A model generated the notes under the pieces. That model was given only the letters and a program-made list of their open reading frames with translations. It was not told the DNA's origin and ran no database searches. The position numbers and the translations under genes were made by a program. From contig CBFDEM010000018.1 of assembly GCA_965603825.1 (NCBI GenBank), positions 186,001-250,000 on the forward strand: a stretch of DNA of 64,000 nt, given 5' to 3'. Shown piece after piece: positions 1 to 11,857 of the stretch (position 1 is the stretch's first letter; each line of letters opens with the position of its first letter). Source of the stretch: Blepharisma stoltei ATCC 30299 (Eukaryota; Protista; Ciliophora).

Positions 1-2
1 CA

Positions 3-2639
3 ATTTTAGTTACTGTATGCATCGTAATATTCGTGACTGCCATCAATGACTACAAAAAAGAATCCCAGTTCATCAAGCTGAACCTGCAGACTGATCTTTG
101 TAATATAATTGTTATAAGGGAAGGAATGGAAAAAGAAATCACTTTAAAAGAGCTTTTAGTCGGTGATTTATTATGTGTGACAACTGGTGATATATTACAA
201 GGTGACGGTATCTATATAAGAGGGAGCGGATTAAGTGTTGATGAAAGCTCAATTACAGGGGAAAGCAAATTGGTCAAAAAAGAAGCCTTTCAAGACGGAG
301 ATATAGCTTATGACTCATTTTTGATTTCTGGAGCAAAAATTATTGAAGGAAGCGGATTGGTGCTTGTTTGTGCAGTAGGGCAGCACTCAGTGCTCGGGAG
401 AAATAGAAGAATGATGAACACTTTGGCAGATGAGCCAGAAACTCCACTTCAAGAGAGATTGACTGTTTTGGCTACGTTTTTAGGTAAAATTGGATTTTAT
501 GCTGGCATAATTCTTTCCATCGCATTGCTTCTTCATTTATTTATAGGTGCTTGGATTGATGAAAGATGGGGCAATCAAGAATGAACAGATCTTGTAGACG
601 CAATTATTCTTGGGATCACTATTATGGTGGTAGCCATCCCCGAAGGTCTTCCTTTAGCTTTAACTTTAGCTATGGCTTATTCTATCCTCCGCATGAAAGA
701 TGAACAAATTTTCGTCAGGCACTTAAAAGGCTGCGAAATCATGGGAGCAGCCACCAATATTTTATCAGACAAAACAGGGACTCTTACACAAAATATCATG
801 ACTGTTACCAAAGCAATGATATTTGGGGAATCCTTAGACAAAATTGACTGTTCAAAGTTTCCTTCTGACGACGTTAACTTGTTAGTAGAGTGCATTTCTA
901 GAAACTCGACTGCCTTTATTAACAATAAAAACCAAAAGCATGATTTGGTAGGAAACAGAACTGAATGTGCCTTACTTATGATGCTGACACAATGAGGGTT
1001 TGATTACCATGCTTTTAGAAACCCAGAACACCTTATAGCGCAATTTGCATTTAACCCAAGAACTAAAAGAATGACGACTGTATATGATTCAGAGAATGGA
1101 GAAGCAATTGTATATTCAAAAGGAGCTGGAGAAGTTATCCTGGATTTTTGTGATCAAGAGCTTCTGTGCAACGGACTTGCAGAGAAGCTGACAGATGAAA
1201 GGAAAAAAATTCTTTTGGATATTATTAAAAATTGGGCAGATTTAGGATTGAGAGTAATTACGGTGGCGTATAAGAAAACTTCTTTGGAAGAAATAATTAC
1301 TGAAGGCCCTGAACGAAAAATCAATGAAGAAAAAGGTGAGCAAGGGCTAATTTTAATAGGAATGCTAGGAATTGAAGATCCGCTGAGACCTGAGGCGAAA
1401 CAATCGGTAGAAAAATGCAAAGTTGCTGGAGTTATTGTCAGAATGGTGACTGGAGATAATTCAGAGACTGCAAAACGTATAGCCAAAAACTGCGCAATTT
1501 TACCACCTGGGATTTTAGATGAAGAAATAGACGATTATATAATGGAAGGAGCTGTTTTCAGAGAAAAAGTAGGAGGACTTGTAACAGTGACTAATGAGGA
1601 TGGAAAATTGGAGGGGTTTAAGGTTGGAAATCTTGAGGGTTTTAAAAATATTATAATCAGATTAAGGGTTATTGCAAGATGCTCCCCTGAAGATAAACTT
1701 TTACTTGTTATTGGACTTAGAGCGCTTGGGGAAGTTGTTGGAGTCACAGGAGATGGATCAAATGATGCTCCAGCTTTAAAGCACAGTGATATAGGCCTTG
1801 CTATGATGTCAGGAACTCCGTTAGCTAAAGAAAGTGCTGATATCATACTTCTTGATGATAACTTTGAAAGTGTCGTGAATTCTGTGAAATGGGGGAGAAA
1901 CGTATATGCCTCTATCAGGAAATTTTTGACTTTTCAAATGACATGCAACGCAGTTGCATTAGCCATCAGTATTATTGGTGCTGGAACCACTTCTGACTCC
2001 CCTCTAAATGCTATTCAAATGCTATGGGTTAATCTAATTATGGATGCACTTGCTGCTTTAGCGTTAGCAACTGAACCTCCAACTGACCAGTTGTTTTTTA
2101 CAAAACCTTTTGGAAGAAAGGAAAAAATGATAATAAAAGACATGGTAGTATCGATGATCACACAATCTGCTTACCAAATTGGGATTTTATTAGTCATGCT
2201 ATATGAAGGACCATGCATCTTTGATATTGAAGAAGGATGGGGGCATGATTCATGAGATGAGGAAAATGGAAAGCATTTTACCCTCATTTTCCATACATTT
2301 GTGATGATGCAAATTTTTAATGAAATTTGTTGCAGAAAATTGTCATTGTCTGAGATAAACATATTTAAAGGGTTTTTCAATAATAGTATATTTATTAGTA
2401 TCCTTGTAGTTACTACTGGGGTGCAGTTATTATTGGTTAACTTTGGAGGGAGCTTTGTCAGATGTACAGCTTTAAGTCTAGAGCATCATTTGATTTGTGT
2501 TGGATTGGGAGCAGGTTGTATTCTTGTGTCTTTGTTTGTTAGATGCATTTATAAACTTTCTGGAAAATCGAAAAAGAGCGTAGAAGATGAAAAATATCCT
2601 TTGCTTAGGAGTAACTCTAGTAATCATTCTGATTTATAG
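3..2639 (+). CDS. PMCA: P2B-type (PMCA) Ca2+-transporting ATPase, 5'-truncated by the window edge
   Basis: Four same-frame ORFs joined by in-frame TGA (582, 993, 2253). Motifs: DESSITGES, VVAIPEGLPLA, DKTGTLT, KGAGE, MVTGDN, TGDGSNDAPAL, QMLWVNLIMD, QIFNEI. Ends at TAG. Confidence 0.96.
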
Positions 2640-3418
2640 TCAAGTAACTAATAATTAAAATTAGATACTAAGAATTGTATTAGGAGCACAGTTTTTAACA
2701 AAGAGAATTAAATATTTAGCTTGATGCATAAAATTAATTAGAATGCTTTGTCTAAATTTATTATGGCGTATTATCAATATAGCTTTCTAAATCCCATCTT
2801 TTTATACAAATTATTACGCTAATCTATAATGTGGGGCAATATTTGACTAGCAAAGTATTCTGTATAATTAATTATATATCAGTCAGTTTTTTCCTTTAAT
2901 TTCTTATCGATAAATATTGATAAATAAATTCAGAGAGAAAGCCAAACGAGTGGTGAACAAAAAAGCTTACAAAATGAAAGAAGTTGTTTATTAATTATTC
3001 AAGTTTTAGTAATGATTTACCAATTTAGAGCCTTTGGAAAATAGGAATATTCAGATGAAAAAATATTTAAGGCTGCTTAAGGGAATTTGAATTGAAATTT
3101 ATTAGAAAAATATTTTTTGAAAATTTCGACTAATGTGTTTGTTACAAATTCTAGAATACTTATTGGAGCCTGAATATCCAATTTAAAAAGGCTTATCATC
3201 CAATTTTACATTGATAATTAAATTCTAAGAATATATTTGCCTATGGATAATTAATGATGTCTGAAAAATGCGAGCCTCAAAATATAGATCTGAATTCTTA
3301 CAAAATTTGTTGAATAATTTTATTAATTTCGCTTTCAGGAGACAAAAATTCATTATTTCTCCTGCTATTCTACATTAAAAATTTTATCTTTGAGGTCTGA
3401 TCATGCGATTTATAATAA

Positions 3419-3760
3419 ATGATGGATTACAAAAGATCATTAAGCAACATTTCAGAAGTTTCTGAAAGAAACGAACAAAGTGAGAAAACTACACCGACAA
3501 ATTGCAGTTCTCAATCCTTTTTTCATCAGGCACTTGTTTCTATCTCGGAAGATGAACAGGACTCTGACTTATCGCCAAGATTATTGCCAAGTAAAACTCG
3601 TATAAGCAGAAAAGAAAGCAAAGATACAGCAGATGAAACATTAAGGTCAGTTGTATCAAACAAACGCAAAAGCATATTTGGTTCAAACCAGGATTTGGAT
3701 CAATTGGTGTCCTTGCGAATTAATGGAGATAAATGCTCTTGTACATGCATTATGTTTTAA
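3419..3760 (+). CDS. Hypothetical Ser-rich protein with Cys-rich CaaX-like C-terminus (CSCTCIMF)
   Basis: Clean ATG-TAA ORF between AT-rich spacers; C-terminal CaaX-like motif. Confidence 0.7.
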   Translation: MMDYKRSLSNISEVSERNEQSEKTTPTNCSSQSFFHQALVSISEDEQDSDLSPRLLPSKTRISRKESKDTADETLRSVVSNKRKSIFGSNQDLDQLVSLRINGDKCSCTCIMF

Positions 3761-3938
3761 CTGTATTTAAACAGATTGTGTAATGAATTCTGCCATCTGC
3801 TTTAAATAATTCAAAGATAAAAAAATCCTTAACAGTTTCAGATTAATGAAATATTATTAGTTTTTTATTCTGCCTATTTTAAGCCTAATTATTAAATTTC
3901 ATAAGAAGAATAGGTTAATTTGATTTTTTATTTAGTTA

Positions 3939-4775
3939 ATGGAACAACCATTCTATGTGAAAAGTGACAATTTTGCCCCAGCTCAAAAGAAATCGATAAA
4001 TGTTGCAGAAGCTTATGATTTAGAGGAATCTTCTCCTTTTACTTCAATTTTTGTTAATAAAGATCCAAAGAAAATTAATGATCCTCAAGAGAAAAATAAA
4101 GAAATATTTGCATCACCTGAGAGACCAGAATTAACAATAGCAGATCTAGAGCCTCCTTCAACAGAAAGAAACTTACTTGCACTTGCCAAAAGTTCAAGGG
4201 CGAGCGATACTTTTGCGCTATCAAAAACGACTGATGGGAGTTTATTAAAAAGCAAGCTAAGTGTAAGATTTTCAGACACAGATCAGTCAGGACAGATAAC
4301 TCCTATATCAATAATTGAAGAAAAAAAGTCAGCCAACAGTTTAGATACCATAGAAAATACTTACGATAATTTAAAACAAAAAGAAACAAAGCATCTAGAA
4401 ATCGCACGGCCTCATTGCCCAACTTGTAGATGCGCTTTGGAGTTGCCTGAAAAGCAACATGAAAATGAGAAAGCGTCACTTGGGGTATCTGAAAGGGATA
4501 TTAAATATTTATCAAGCCTTGGGTCTTCGTCTTTGCTAAAATCTAATTATCCTGGATATTTACAATTTGAGTCTCCGGTTATTCAGAAAATTCAAAGACC
4601 TTATTCTTCTCCAATAAAGCTAGATAGCCAGAAAACTCCAAGAATCTATATATCGCCTATATACAACCCTGCCACATCACCTAGTCATATTTTCCGAGAA
4701 AGGCTAAATCGAAGAATTTTATCTTTTGAAAAAAATAGTCCAAATGGTTATAATTTGTATCGTAAAACTTATTAA
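3939..4775 (+). CDS. Hypothetical low-complexity protein (278 aa)
   Basis: ATG-TAA ORF with coding-like composition; no recognised domain. Confidence 0.75.
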   Translation: MEQPFYVKSDNFAPAQKKSINVAEAYDLEESSPFTSIFVNKDPKKINDPQEKNKEIFASPERPELTIADLEPPSTERNLLALAKSSRASDTFALSKTTDGSLLKSKLSVRFSDTDQSGQITPISIIEEKKSANSLDTIENTYDNLKQKETKHLEIARPHCPTCRCALELPEKQHENEKASLGVSERDIKYLSSLGSSSLLKSNYPGYLQFESPVIQKIQRPYSSPIKLDSQKTPRIYISPIYNPATSPSHIFRERLNRRILSFEKNSPNGYNLYRKTY

Positions 4776-5187
4776 AAAACATTTTCCTGGTTATAAGTAA
4801 TAAAATTAACGTCAAGGACATTTTTATATTTCCTTTAGATTCTATAATGGACTAAAGAAGACTTACTTTAGGAGGTTAAAATTATAGAATTCTTTTAAAA
4901 AAATTATTTTAAGCTAAGAGTTGATTTCTTGCTTTGGCCATATAAATCTCTTATGCAAGCCTAAATCTTTGAAAGCCAAACTGGTGTACTAAAATTAGCT
5001 CATTTCAATGCATATTATGGCTTGCTCGAAAAAAAATCAAATAGTCTTTATTTTTTTTAATATTAAAATTTTTTGCTATCACACCAAAATTTAAACCCTT
5101 AATTTATTTCTTTCTATTATAAGCATTTCTAGAATATTCCTCCTGACTTCCATTAAATATTTTAAAGCGATTTTTATTTCATTTTTA

Positions 5188-6777
5188 ATGGAATTAAAAC
5201 ACGTGTTCCTTTTGCCTATCCTATTCGCAGCAGCTCTCTACACCGAAGATGGCGCTGTAGTTCAACTCACTGAAGCTAATTTTGCTACAGAAGTGCTTAA
5301 CTCTGAAGATTTTTGGATAGTCGAATTTTTTGCCCCTTGGTGTGGCCATTGTCAAAAATTAGCTCCAGAATACGAAAAAGCAGCCGAGTCTCTCAAAGGA
5401 ATTGCTAAGCTTGGTGCAGTCGATATGACTAAGCATGGTGTTGTAGGCAACCCATACTCTATCCAAGGCTACCCCACTCTAAAAGTGTTTTACACAGACA
5501 AAAAAAATCCACAAGAGTATTCAGGAGGCAGAACAGCCAAATCAATTGTCAATTATGTCCTAAAGCAGCTTGGAAAAGAAGTTGAAGATGAAGAGCCAGA
5601 ACCTTCCAACGCTCCTCTCTACACAGAAGATGGTTCTATTGTTCACCTCACAGAGGCCAATTTCGCTACAGAAGTGCTTAACTCTGAAGATTTTTGGATT
5701 GTTGAATTTTACGCTCCTTGGTGTGGCCACTGTCAAAAATTAGCTCCAGAATACAAAAAAGCAGCTGAGTCTCTCAAAGGGATCGCTAAGCTTGGTGCAG
5801 TTGATATGACTAAAGATGGCCTAGTAGGCACTCCTTATAATATCCAAGGCTACCCAACCCTAAAAGTATTCCACACAGACAAAAAAAATCCTCTTGATTA
5901 CTCAGGAGGCAGAACAGCTAAATCAATTGTTAACTACGTCTTAAAACAGCTTGGAAAAGAGCCAGAAACCTCCAAATCGGCGCTTGTGGAAGAAGAAGTC
6001 TACGTCCTAACTGATGACAATTTTGAAAATATTGTGAAACAAAGCAAAGATGTGTGGCTTATTGATTTCTATGCACCTTGGTGTGGACACTGTAAAAGCT
6101 TAGCTCCTGAGTTTGCAAAAGCAGCAGCTGAATTAAAAGGACAAGTCAAATTAGGAAAAGTTGATGTCACTGAAAACACTGAATTGGCTGAAAAATTCAA
6201 AGTCTCTGAATACCCGACACTTAAAATTTTCCCACCAGAAAATAAAGAAGAATATGAAGCTTTTATTAATGCGAGAAGCTCTGATGTGATTGTAAAGACT
6301 GCACTGGAAAAACTTGATTCTTATGGGGTATCAATACCGATTTCACAATTCACAAAACTAGAAGTCCTTCAAAAAAATTGCGAGAAAAATGTATGTATTA
6401 TAGGATTTTTACCACATATTTATGACAGTTCTGCTGAAGAGAGAAACAGATATTTAGAAGTTTTCCAAGAATTAGTTAAAAAGAACAGAGGAAAACCTAT
6501 TTCATTTTTGTGGGCACAAGCAGGAGACCATTATAAGTTTGAACAAATGGTCGGAGTAGGGATGGGATACCCAGCTGTTATAGCAATTAGCTTGCCGAAA
6601 TCAAGATTTGCACTCATGAGAGCAGCATTTAGCATGCAAGAAGTAAACTCATTTGTGAACAAAATTTTAATTGGAGGAGTTTCTTTACAGGAATTTAAAG
6701 AGCTTCCAAAAATTGCAGAAGTGGAAGCTTGGGATGGAAAGGACAAACAACCAGAATATAGATCAGAAGACTTATAA
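5188..6777 (+). CDS. PDIA6: Protein disulfide-isomerase, P5/PDIA6-like, with three WCGHC domains
   Basis: Signal peptide, three APWCGHC thioredoxin domains, P5-type C-terminal domain (LPHIYDSSAEERN, GYPA, WDGKD), C-terminal SEDL ER-retention-like motif. Confidence 0.93.
   Translation: MELKHVFLLPILFAAALYTEDGAVVQLTEANFATEVLNSEDFWIVEFFAPWCGHCQKLAPEYEKAAESLKGIAKLGAVDMTKHGVVGNPYSIQGYPTLKVFYTDKKNPQEYSGGRTAKSIVNYVLKQLGKEVEDEEPEPSNAPLYTEDGSIVHLTEANFATEVLNSEDFWIVEFYAPWCGHCQKLAPEYKKAAESLKGIAKLGAVDMTKDGLVGTPYNIQGYPTLKVFHTDKKNPLDYSGGRTAKSIVNYVLKQLGKEPETSKSALVEEEVYVLTDDNFENIVKQSKDVWLIDFYAPWCGHCKSLAPEFAKAAAELKGQVKLGKVDVTENTELAEKFKVSEYPTLKIFPPENKEEYEAFINARSSDVIVKTALEKLDSYGVSIPISQFTKLEVLQKNCEKNVCIIGFLPHIYDSSAEERNRYLEVFQELVKKNRGKPISFLWAQAGDHYKFEQMVGVGMGYPAVIAISLPKSRFALMRAAFSMQEVNSFVNKILIGGVSLQEFKELPKIAEVEAWDGKDKQPEYRSEDL
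5236..5961 (+). repeat. Internal tandem duplication of a thioredoxin domain (copies ~5236-5580 and ~5617-5961, 381-nt offset)
   Basis: Long near-identical DNA and protein stretches, e.g. gctacagaagtgcttaactctgaagatttttggat in both copies. Confidence 0.9.
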
Positions 6778-7823
6778 GTAATGATTAATACTTAAATAGA
6801 ATAAGAAAATTTTAGACTAAAAGACATGACTTCAAATATTTTAAAAATAAAATCATTTTTATTTATGCAACTTTTAGAGCTGCTGATGCAGCATTTCTCT
6901 TAATTTTTCATCAGCGATTCCAAATCATAAAACAAAAACTTCAAATCACACCACATAACTCCCCAACTCAGCTCAACAGACCATAGCATATCATCACACA
7001 TTCCAAACCACTTCACAAATTCTACTGGCAGTAGCAGCAACTCCATATATTTTAGGCATCCTTTTTTTAAACATTACTTCAAACATTTCACAATTTCTTC
7101 GTACACTATCTTTAAATGATTCATAAAAAGAGTTCAGATGTGATTTCTGATACTCAGCATTGTTTTCAACTTCATCTCTTTTTCAGATCCTCCTATTCGA
7201 CTCAAGGGTTGCCCTCATCATTTCTTCTGTAAAAATTCAAATCCACACTTTTCGCAGACATTTCCCCCTAATACGTCTTCGCTTACACCGTTTCTAAGCC
7301 TTCAGCTTCAGCAGCAGTGCCCACATCTGAAGCATCTAAATATTTATCTCCAAAAATTTCATATTTATTTGCAGCGGCACCTTCATAACCCAAGCCTCTT
7401 TAGCGCATCATTGTCAGCATCTACAAATCTTTTAATCCTCTATCTATCAGTAAGCTGAAAGCCAAATCCATTTCTCATCCAAGCTACTCTAGCATTCAAA
7501 AACAATTTCTACATCAAAACCCAAATTTTAGCACCAGCACCTTTCAAAATTTTCCATCATTTGAAAAATATAAAAAATAAATCATATTATCACTAATAGA
7601 GATTAAAACAGACTATAAATGCAAGATGCTTAATTCTTTATTTAAGCACACTTACTTCAATAACAAAAATACAAGCTTAAAATCGTAATATTCACTACAG
7701 ATGGCGAGTTATATAATAATATATAGTTTATAGATCGTCCATTATTGAATCTTATCAGATTTTCTTTCATTATTTAATATATCACGTTTTAATAGGTTGT
7801 CGAAATAAATATTAAAATTAGCC

Positions 7824-8916
7824 ATGCGTTGCTGCTCTCTTAACTGGCTTAAATTTATATTATTCGAATCCTCAATTATCCAAATTGTAAGCTGTTATTT
7901 AGGGAACTGGAGCATTTATCATCTATGTAGGCGTGAGTTGTCTTAGTGCACCATTAGTTATCGCAATAGACAAAGAATGGGTAGGCGCCGTTTTAATTGT
8001 AATTGGAATTTTTATGCTGATTTTTACCGCTTTTGCAGCATATGGGACTTACTATGAAAAGAAATGATGTCTTTGTTCTTATATGTTTGTTGCGTTTTGG
8101 TCAGGCTCTCTCCTACTAACTTTTGGGATTGCTTGTTTATGGGGTCGAGCATATGCTGGACAATATTTAGGAAGTGATGATAACTGTTATAGTTTAAAAG
8201 CCCTTAGAAAAGCTTCAGACACTGTTATTAGAGCAGGAAGTATTATGTGCACTATTTTCTGCCCATGCAATCTAAAGCCAACTACACATGTAAATCTTTA
8301 CGCTAATCAAACTTTTATTCATGGGCCAGCTACCAAGATACAAAATTGTGATACTTGCTGGAATATTGAATATTATCCAGCTACTACACAAGCTTTATTA
8401 GTCGCTTGAATGAAAAAATATTTAAAAATAGATGTGACGCCAAGCAACTGTGTAATACCTGATGATGCTTTTTCAGATACTTATCTAGGGGATTATGCTA
8501 AATATTTGCCTTTGTTAAAATATGTGGAAAACACTTTTAGCTGCTCTGGGATTTGTGTTATGGAGAATGTCTTTCTGTTTACCGATATTAATAGAGGGAC
8601 TCCAAATGGAAATTGTAGGCAAAAAGTATATGAGTGGGTGAATTGGATTACATTAAAATTTGGGGTTACTAATATTGTATTTGGGTGCATTCAAGTAAGA
8701 ATTATTTAGATTTTTGGTATGATAATTGCATTTATGATTAGGCGGAAAATCAAAATCCAAACTGGGATTGAATGTCAAAGCAATGTTGTTGACACTGAAA
8801 ATGGAATTAGTGAAAAGCAAGGACTTGATGAGAATGTCACTTATACTTATACTCAAACTGATAATGATGCCACTAATAGAGAAATCACTACCAAAGATAT
8901 CGTCAATTTTGAATAA
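7824..8916 (+). CDS. Tetraspanin-like 4-TM protein with Cys-rich large loop (paralogue A, ~353 aa, 2 introns)
   Basis: ATG 7824; introns 7887-7902 and 8695-8709; TGA=Trp at 8065 and 8407. Collinear with the paralogue at 61929-63002; three N-terminal TMs, Cys-rich loop, one C-terminal TM. Confidence 0.85.
7887..7902 (+). other. 16-nt spliceosomal intron (gtaagctgttatttag)
   Basis: Removal gives ...IIQI|GTGAF, matching the uninterrupted FLQLGTGAF of the paralogue. Confidence 0.93.
8695..8709 (+). other. 15-nt intron (gtaagaattatttag)
   Basis: Contains an in-frame TAG; removal gives GCIQ|IFGMIIAF; same position as the paralogue's intron. Confidence 0.92.
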
Positions 8917-9031
8917 CTCCAACTTAAATTAATAATTTGAGAATTCACATATTATATATAGTTTTTATTGTTCAAAAATGCATAAAAGAAATAAAATAAT
9001 GCTGAGACAATTAGATTTATTTGGAATTAAC

Positions 9032-11857
9032 TTAAGAAGTATATAAATACTTTGGAATTTTATCTTCCTCTTCATCTTTCATCAAGCTTGCCTCCAGATC
9101 TTCTGTTGGGATGCTTTCAATTTTATTATGAGAAATCTCCTGATCTTCATGTCTTCTTTTTTCCAGTCTTTCTTGTGCAGGATTAATATTCGGCTGGCTT
9201 TTAACTCTTGACATAGCATTGAGGCTAGGTTTTGGAATTTCTACAGATTCCAAGTCCCAAATTTCATCTGCATACTCTTTTATAGTGCGATCACTTGAAA
9301 ATCTCCCCATATTTAACGCTCCCGTAATCGACATCCTAAGCCATTGATCTTGATTTTTATAAGTCGCATCAGCTTCAGCTTGTTTTTCAATATAAGAATA
9401 AAAATCAGACTTGACAAGGTACACATCATTATGCTCAAGTGACTCAATAAGTGATGATAATTCTTTCGGGTTGCCAAAAGTCCCATTTTTGACTGCATCA
9501 AAGAGTTTTTGTAAGCGAGTCCCTGCTGGCTGCCCACTATGCTGTCTAAGTTTATCAACCTCGTGGACTCTTGCACCAAATATAAATGAGTTTTGGATAC
9601 CGACGTCTTCTACAATTTCTACGTTGGCGCCATCCATTGTTCCCATTATGATGGCTCCATTCATCACAAATTTCATGTTGCTGGTTCCTGATGCTTCAGT
9701 TCCTGCAGTAGAAATTTGTTCAGTCAGGTCAGCGGCTGGGATGATAATTTGTGCACTAGAAACGCAGTAGTTTGGAAGGAAGACGACTTTCATCAGGTCA
9801 CCTATATCAGGATCATTGTTAACGACATCTCCAATTGAATTGATAAGTTTGATGATTTTTTTGGCAGCAATATAGCCTGGAGCTGCTTTTCCTCCTACCA
9901 TAAAGACTCTTTTAACTTGTTTTGCTCTATCATCAACACTCATTGCTTTGAGGGTAAAGTATCTATGAATCATATAAAGAGCAAATAAGTTTTGTCTCTT
10001 GTATTCATGGATTCTTTTTACCATAATGTCAAACATTGCGTCAGTAGGCACTCTGATTCCACACTCTTTTTCAATCCAGCGGGCCAATCTTTCTTTATTT
10101 TGCTGCTTTGCGAGTCTGAATTCTTCTTTAAATTCTTCATTATCAATAAATCTCATCAAGGATTTGGTTTCAGTAAGGTCTGATAGCCAGCTATTAGATT
10201 CGAGGTATTTTTGGTAGAGGTCTGAAAGAGGCTTATTTGAACATTTAATCCATCTTCTTGGGGTGACTCCGTTGGTTTTATTTTGGAATTTGTTAGGGAA
10301 GTACTCGTGGAATCTAGCAAATAGCTGAGTTTTTAGAAGGTTGGAATGAAGGGCTGCAACACCATTTACGGCATGAGATCCAACAATGCAGAGATTAGCC
10401 ATACGGACTGTCTTTGGTCTTGATTCTTCAATGAGGGACATGTAGCCCATGATATCAAATTTTTTAGGATCGTTGGCATATCTTTGGCCAACCTGGTTCA
10501 TAAAGTGGAAATTGATCAGATAAATAATCTCCAAATGCCTTGGAAGAAGCCTTTCAAAGAGCTCAATACTCCATTTTTCCAAAGCTTCGGGCATAACTGT
10601 ATGATTGGTATAGCTAAATACCTTATAGCAAATATTCCAAGCTCTTTGCCACTCTAGTCCATACTTATCCACTAAAACTCTAAGCAGCTCTGGTATAGAA
10701 ATCGCAGGATGCGTATCATTTAGCTGAATCGCCACTTTGTCAGGAAATTCTTCCCAATCTCTTGATTTCTTTAAAAATCTTCGAATAACATCTTGTATGG
10801 TTGCACAGCAGAAGAAATATTGTTGTCTAAGTCTCAGTTCTTTCCCACTTGGTGTTGAATCATTAGGATAAAGCACCGAAGTGATATATTCAGCTTTTTG
10901 CCTTGTTTCAATAGCTCTGAAATAATCTCCTTGGTTAAAGCTTTGGAAATCAAATTCATTAGTAGGGATTGATTTCCATAATCTTAAGTTAATAGTATTG
11001 AAAGTGTCATATCCAGGTATTGGGTTATCATAGGCTACAGCTTTAACTGTTTCGCTTGGGATCCAATTTGATTTTTCTACGCCATTTTCCCACCTTTTTT
11101 CAACTCTTCCTCCGAAGTATACATCATATGACACATCAGAGCGTTCAATTTCCCAAGGGTTCATCTGTGCAAGCCAGTAGTCAGGCATTTCGACCTGGTA
11201 GCCTTTGACAATCATCTGTCTGAAAATTCCATAATCATATCTAATCCCATACCCCCAAGCTGGATAGTCTAAAGTGGCTAAAGAGTCTAAGAAGCAAGAT
11301 GCAAGTCTTCCAAGACCTCCATTTCCAAGGCCAGGATCGACTTCTTCGTCATAGAGCTCTTCCAGCTTGTAGCCTACTTCTTCAAGAGCTTCTCTATATT
11401 TATCTTCAAGGCCTAAATTTACCAAAGCGTTTTGCATTGATCTGCCGATAAGAAACTCAATTGACATGTAGTAGACTCGCTTTTTGTCTTCTGCTGTAAA
11501 AAGCTGCTGGGTGTCATTCCAGCTTTCAATTAGTCTGTCTCTAATTGAAAGAGCTGTAGCTTTGAAACAGGAATTTTTATCAAAATTGAAACGAGTGCGA
11601 GCCAAAGTATACTCGACGTGGGCTACAATTGATTTTTGAATTGTGGATTTTTCAGAGTCTATGTATTCTGCCATAAGTTCCCAGAGTTTTTCATTAGCTT
11701 CTTCTCCTCTCATGACGGAATCAAATTCTGGGCGATAAAGTTTTTGGGCTGACAACTCAACTCTCGATGAATGACGACTGCCTTTGCGACGAAAGCCAGA
11801 GCCTTCTTCATCGACAAATACTCCAGAGCTGTAGCGTTTATCTGATCGCTCCACCAT
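9032..11857 (-). CDS. PYG: Glycogen/starch phosphorylase
   Basis: 941-aa ORF with GLGNGGLGRLASCFLDS, QLNDTHP, VNGVAALHS, KRIHEYKRQ and the PLP-Lys motif EASGTSNMKF. Confidence 0.98.
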   Translation of the reverse strand: MVERSDKRYSSGVFVDEEGSGFRRKGSRHSSRVELSAQKLYRPEFDSVMRGEEANEKLWELMAEYIDSEKSTIQKSIVAHVEYTLARTRFNFDKNSCFKATALSIRDRLIESWNDTQQLFTAEDKKRVYYMSIEFLIGRSMQNALVNLGLEDKYREALEEVGYKLEELYDEEVDPGLGNGGLGRLASCFLDSLATLDYPAWGYGIRYDYGIFRQMIVKGYQVEMPDYWLAQMNPWEIERSDVSYDVYFGGRVEKRWENGVEKSNWIPSETVKAVAYDNPIPGYDTFNTINLRLWKSIPTNEFDFQSFNQGDYFRAIETRQKAEYITSVLYPNDSTPSGKELRLRQQYFFCCATIQDVIRRFLKKSRDWEEFPDKVAIQLNDTHPAISIPELLRVLVDKYGLEWQRAWNICYKVFSYTNHTVMPEALEKWSIELFERLLPRHLEIIYLINFHFMNQVGQRYANDPKKFDIMGYMSLIEESRPKTVRMANLCIVGSHAVNGVAALHSNLLKTQLFARFHEYFPNKFQNKTNGVTPRRWIKCSNKPLSDLYQKYLESNSWLSDLTETKSLMRFIDNEEFKEEFRLAKQQNKERLARWIEKECGIRVPTDAMFDIMVKRIHEYKRQNLFALYMIHRYFTLKAMSVDDRAKQVKRVFMVGGKAAPGYIAAKKIIKLINSIGDVVNNDPDIGDLMKVVFLPNYCVSSAQIIIPAADLTEQISTAGTEASGTSNMKFVMNGAIIMGTMDGANVEIVEDVGIQNSFIFGARVHEVDKLRQHSGQPAGTRLQKLFDAVKNGTFGNPKELSSLIESLEHNDVYLVKSDFYSYIEKQAEADATYKNQDQWLRMSITGALNMGRFSSDRTIKEYADEIWDLESVEIPKPSLNAMSRVKSQPNINPAQERLEKRRHEDQEISHNKIESIPTEDLEASLMKDEEEDKIPKYLYTS

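Noticed and set aside
10291-10298. Single TGTTAGGG resembling a heterotrich telomere unit
   Set aside because: One copy inside the phosphorylase CDS; expected by chance.
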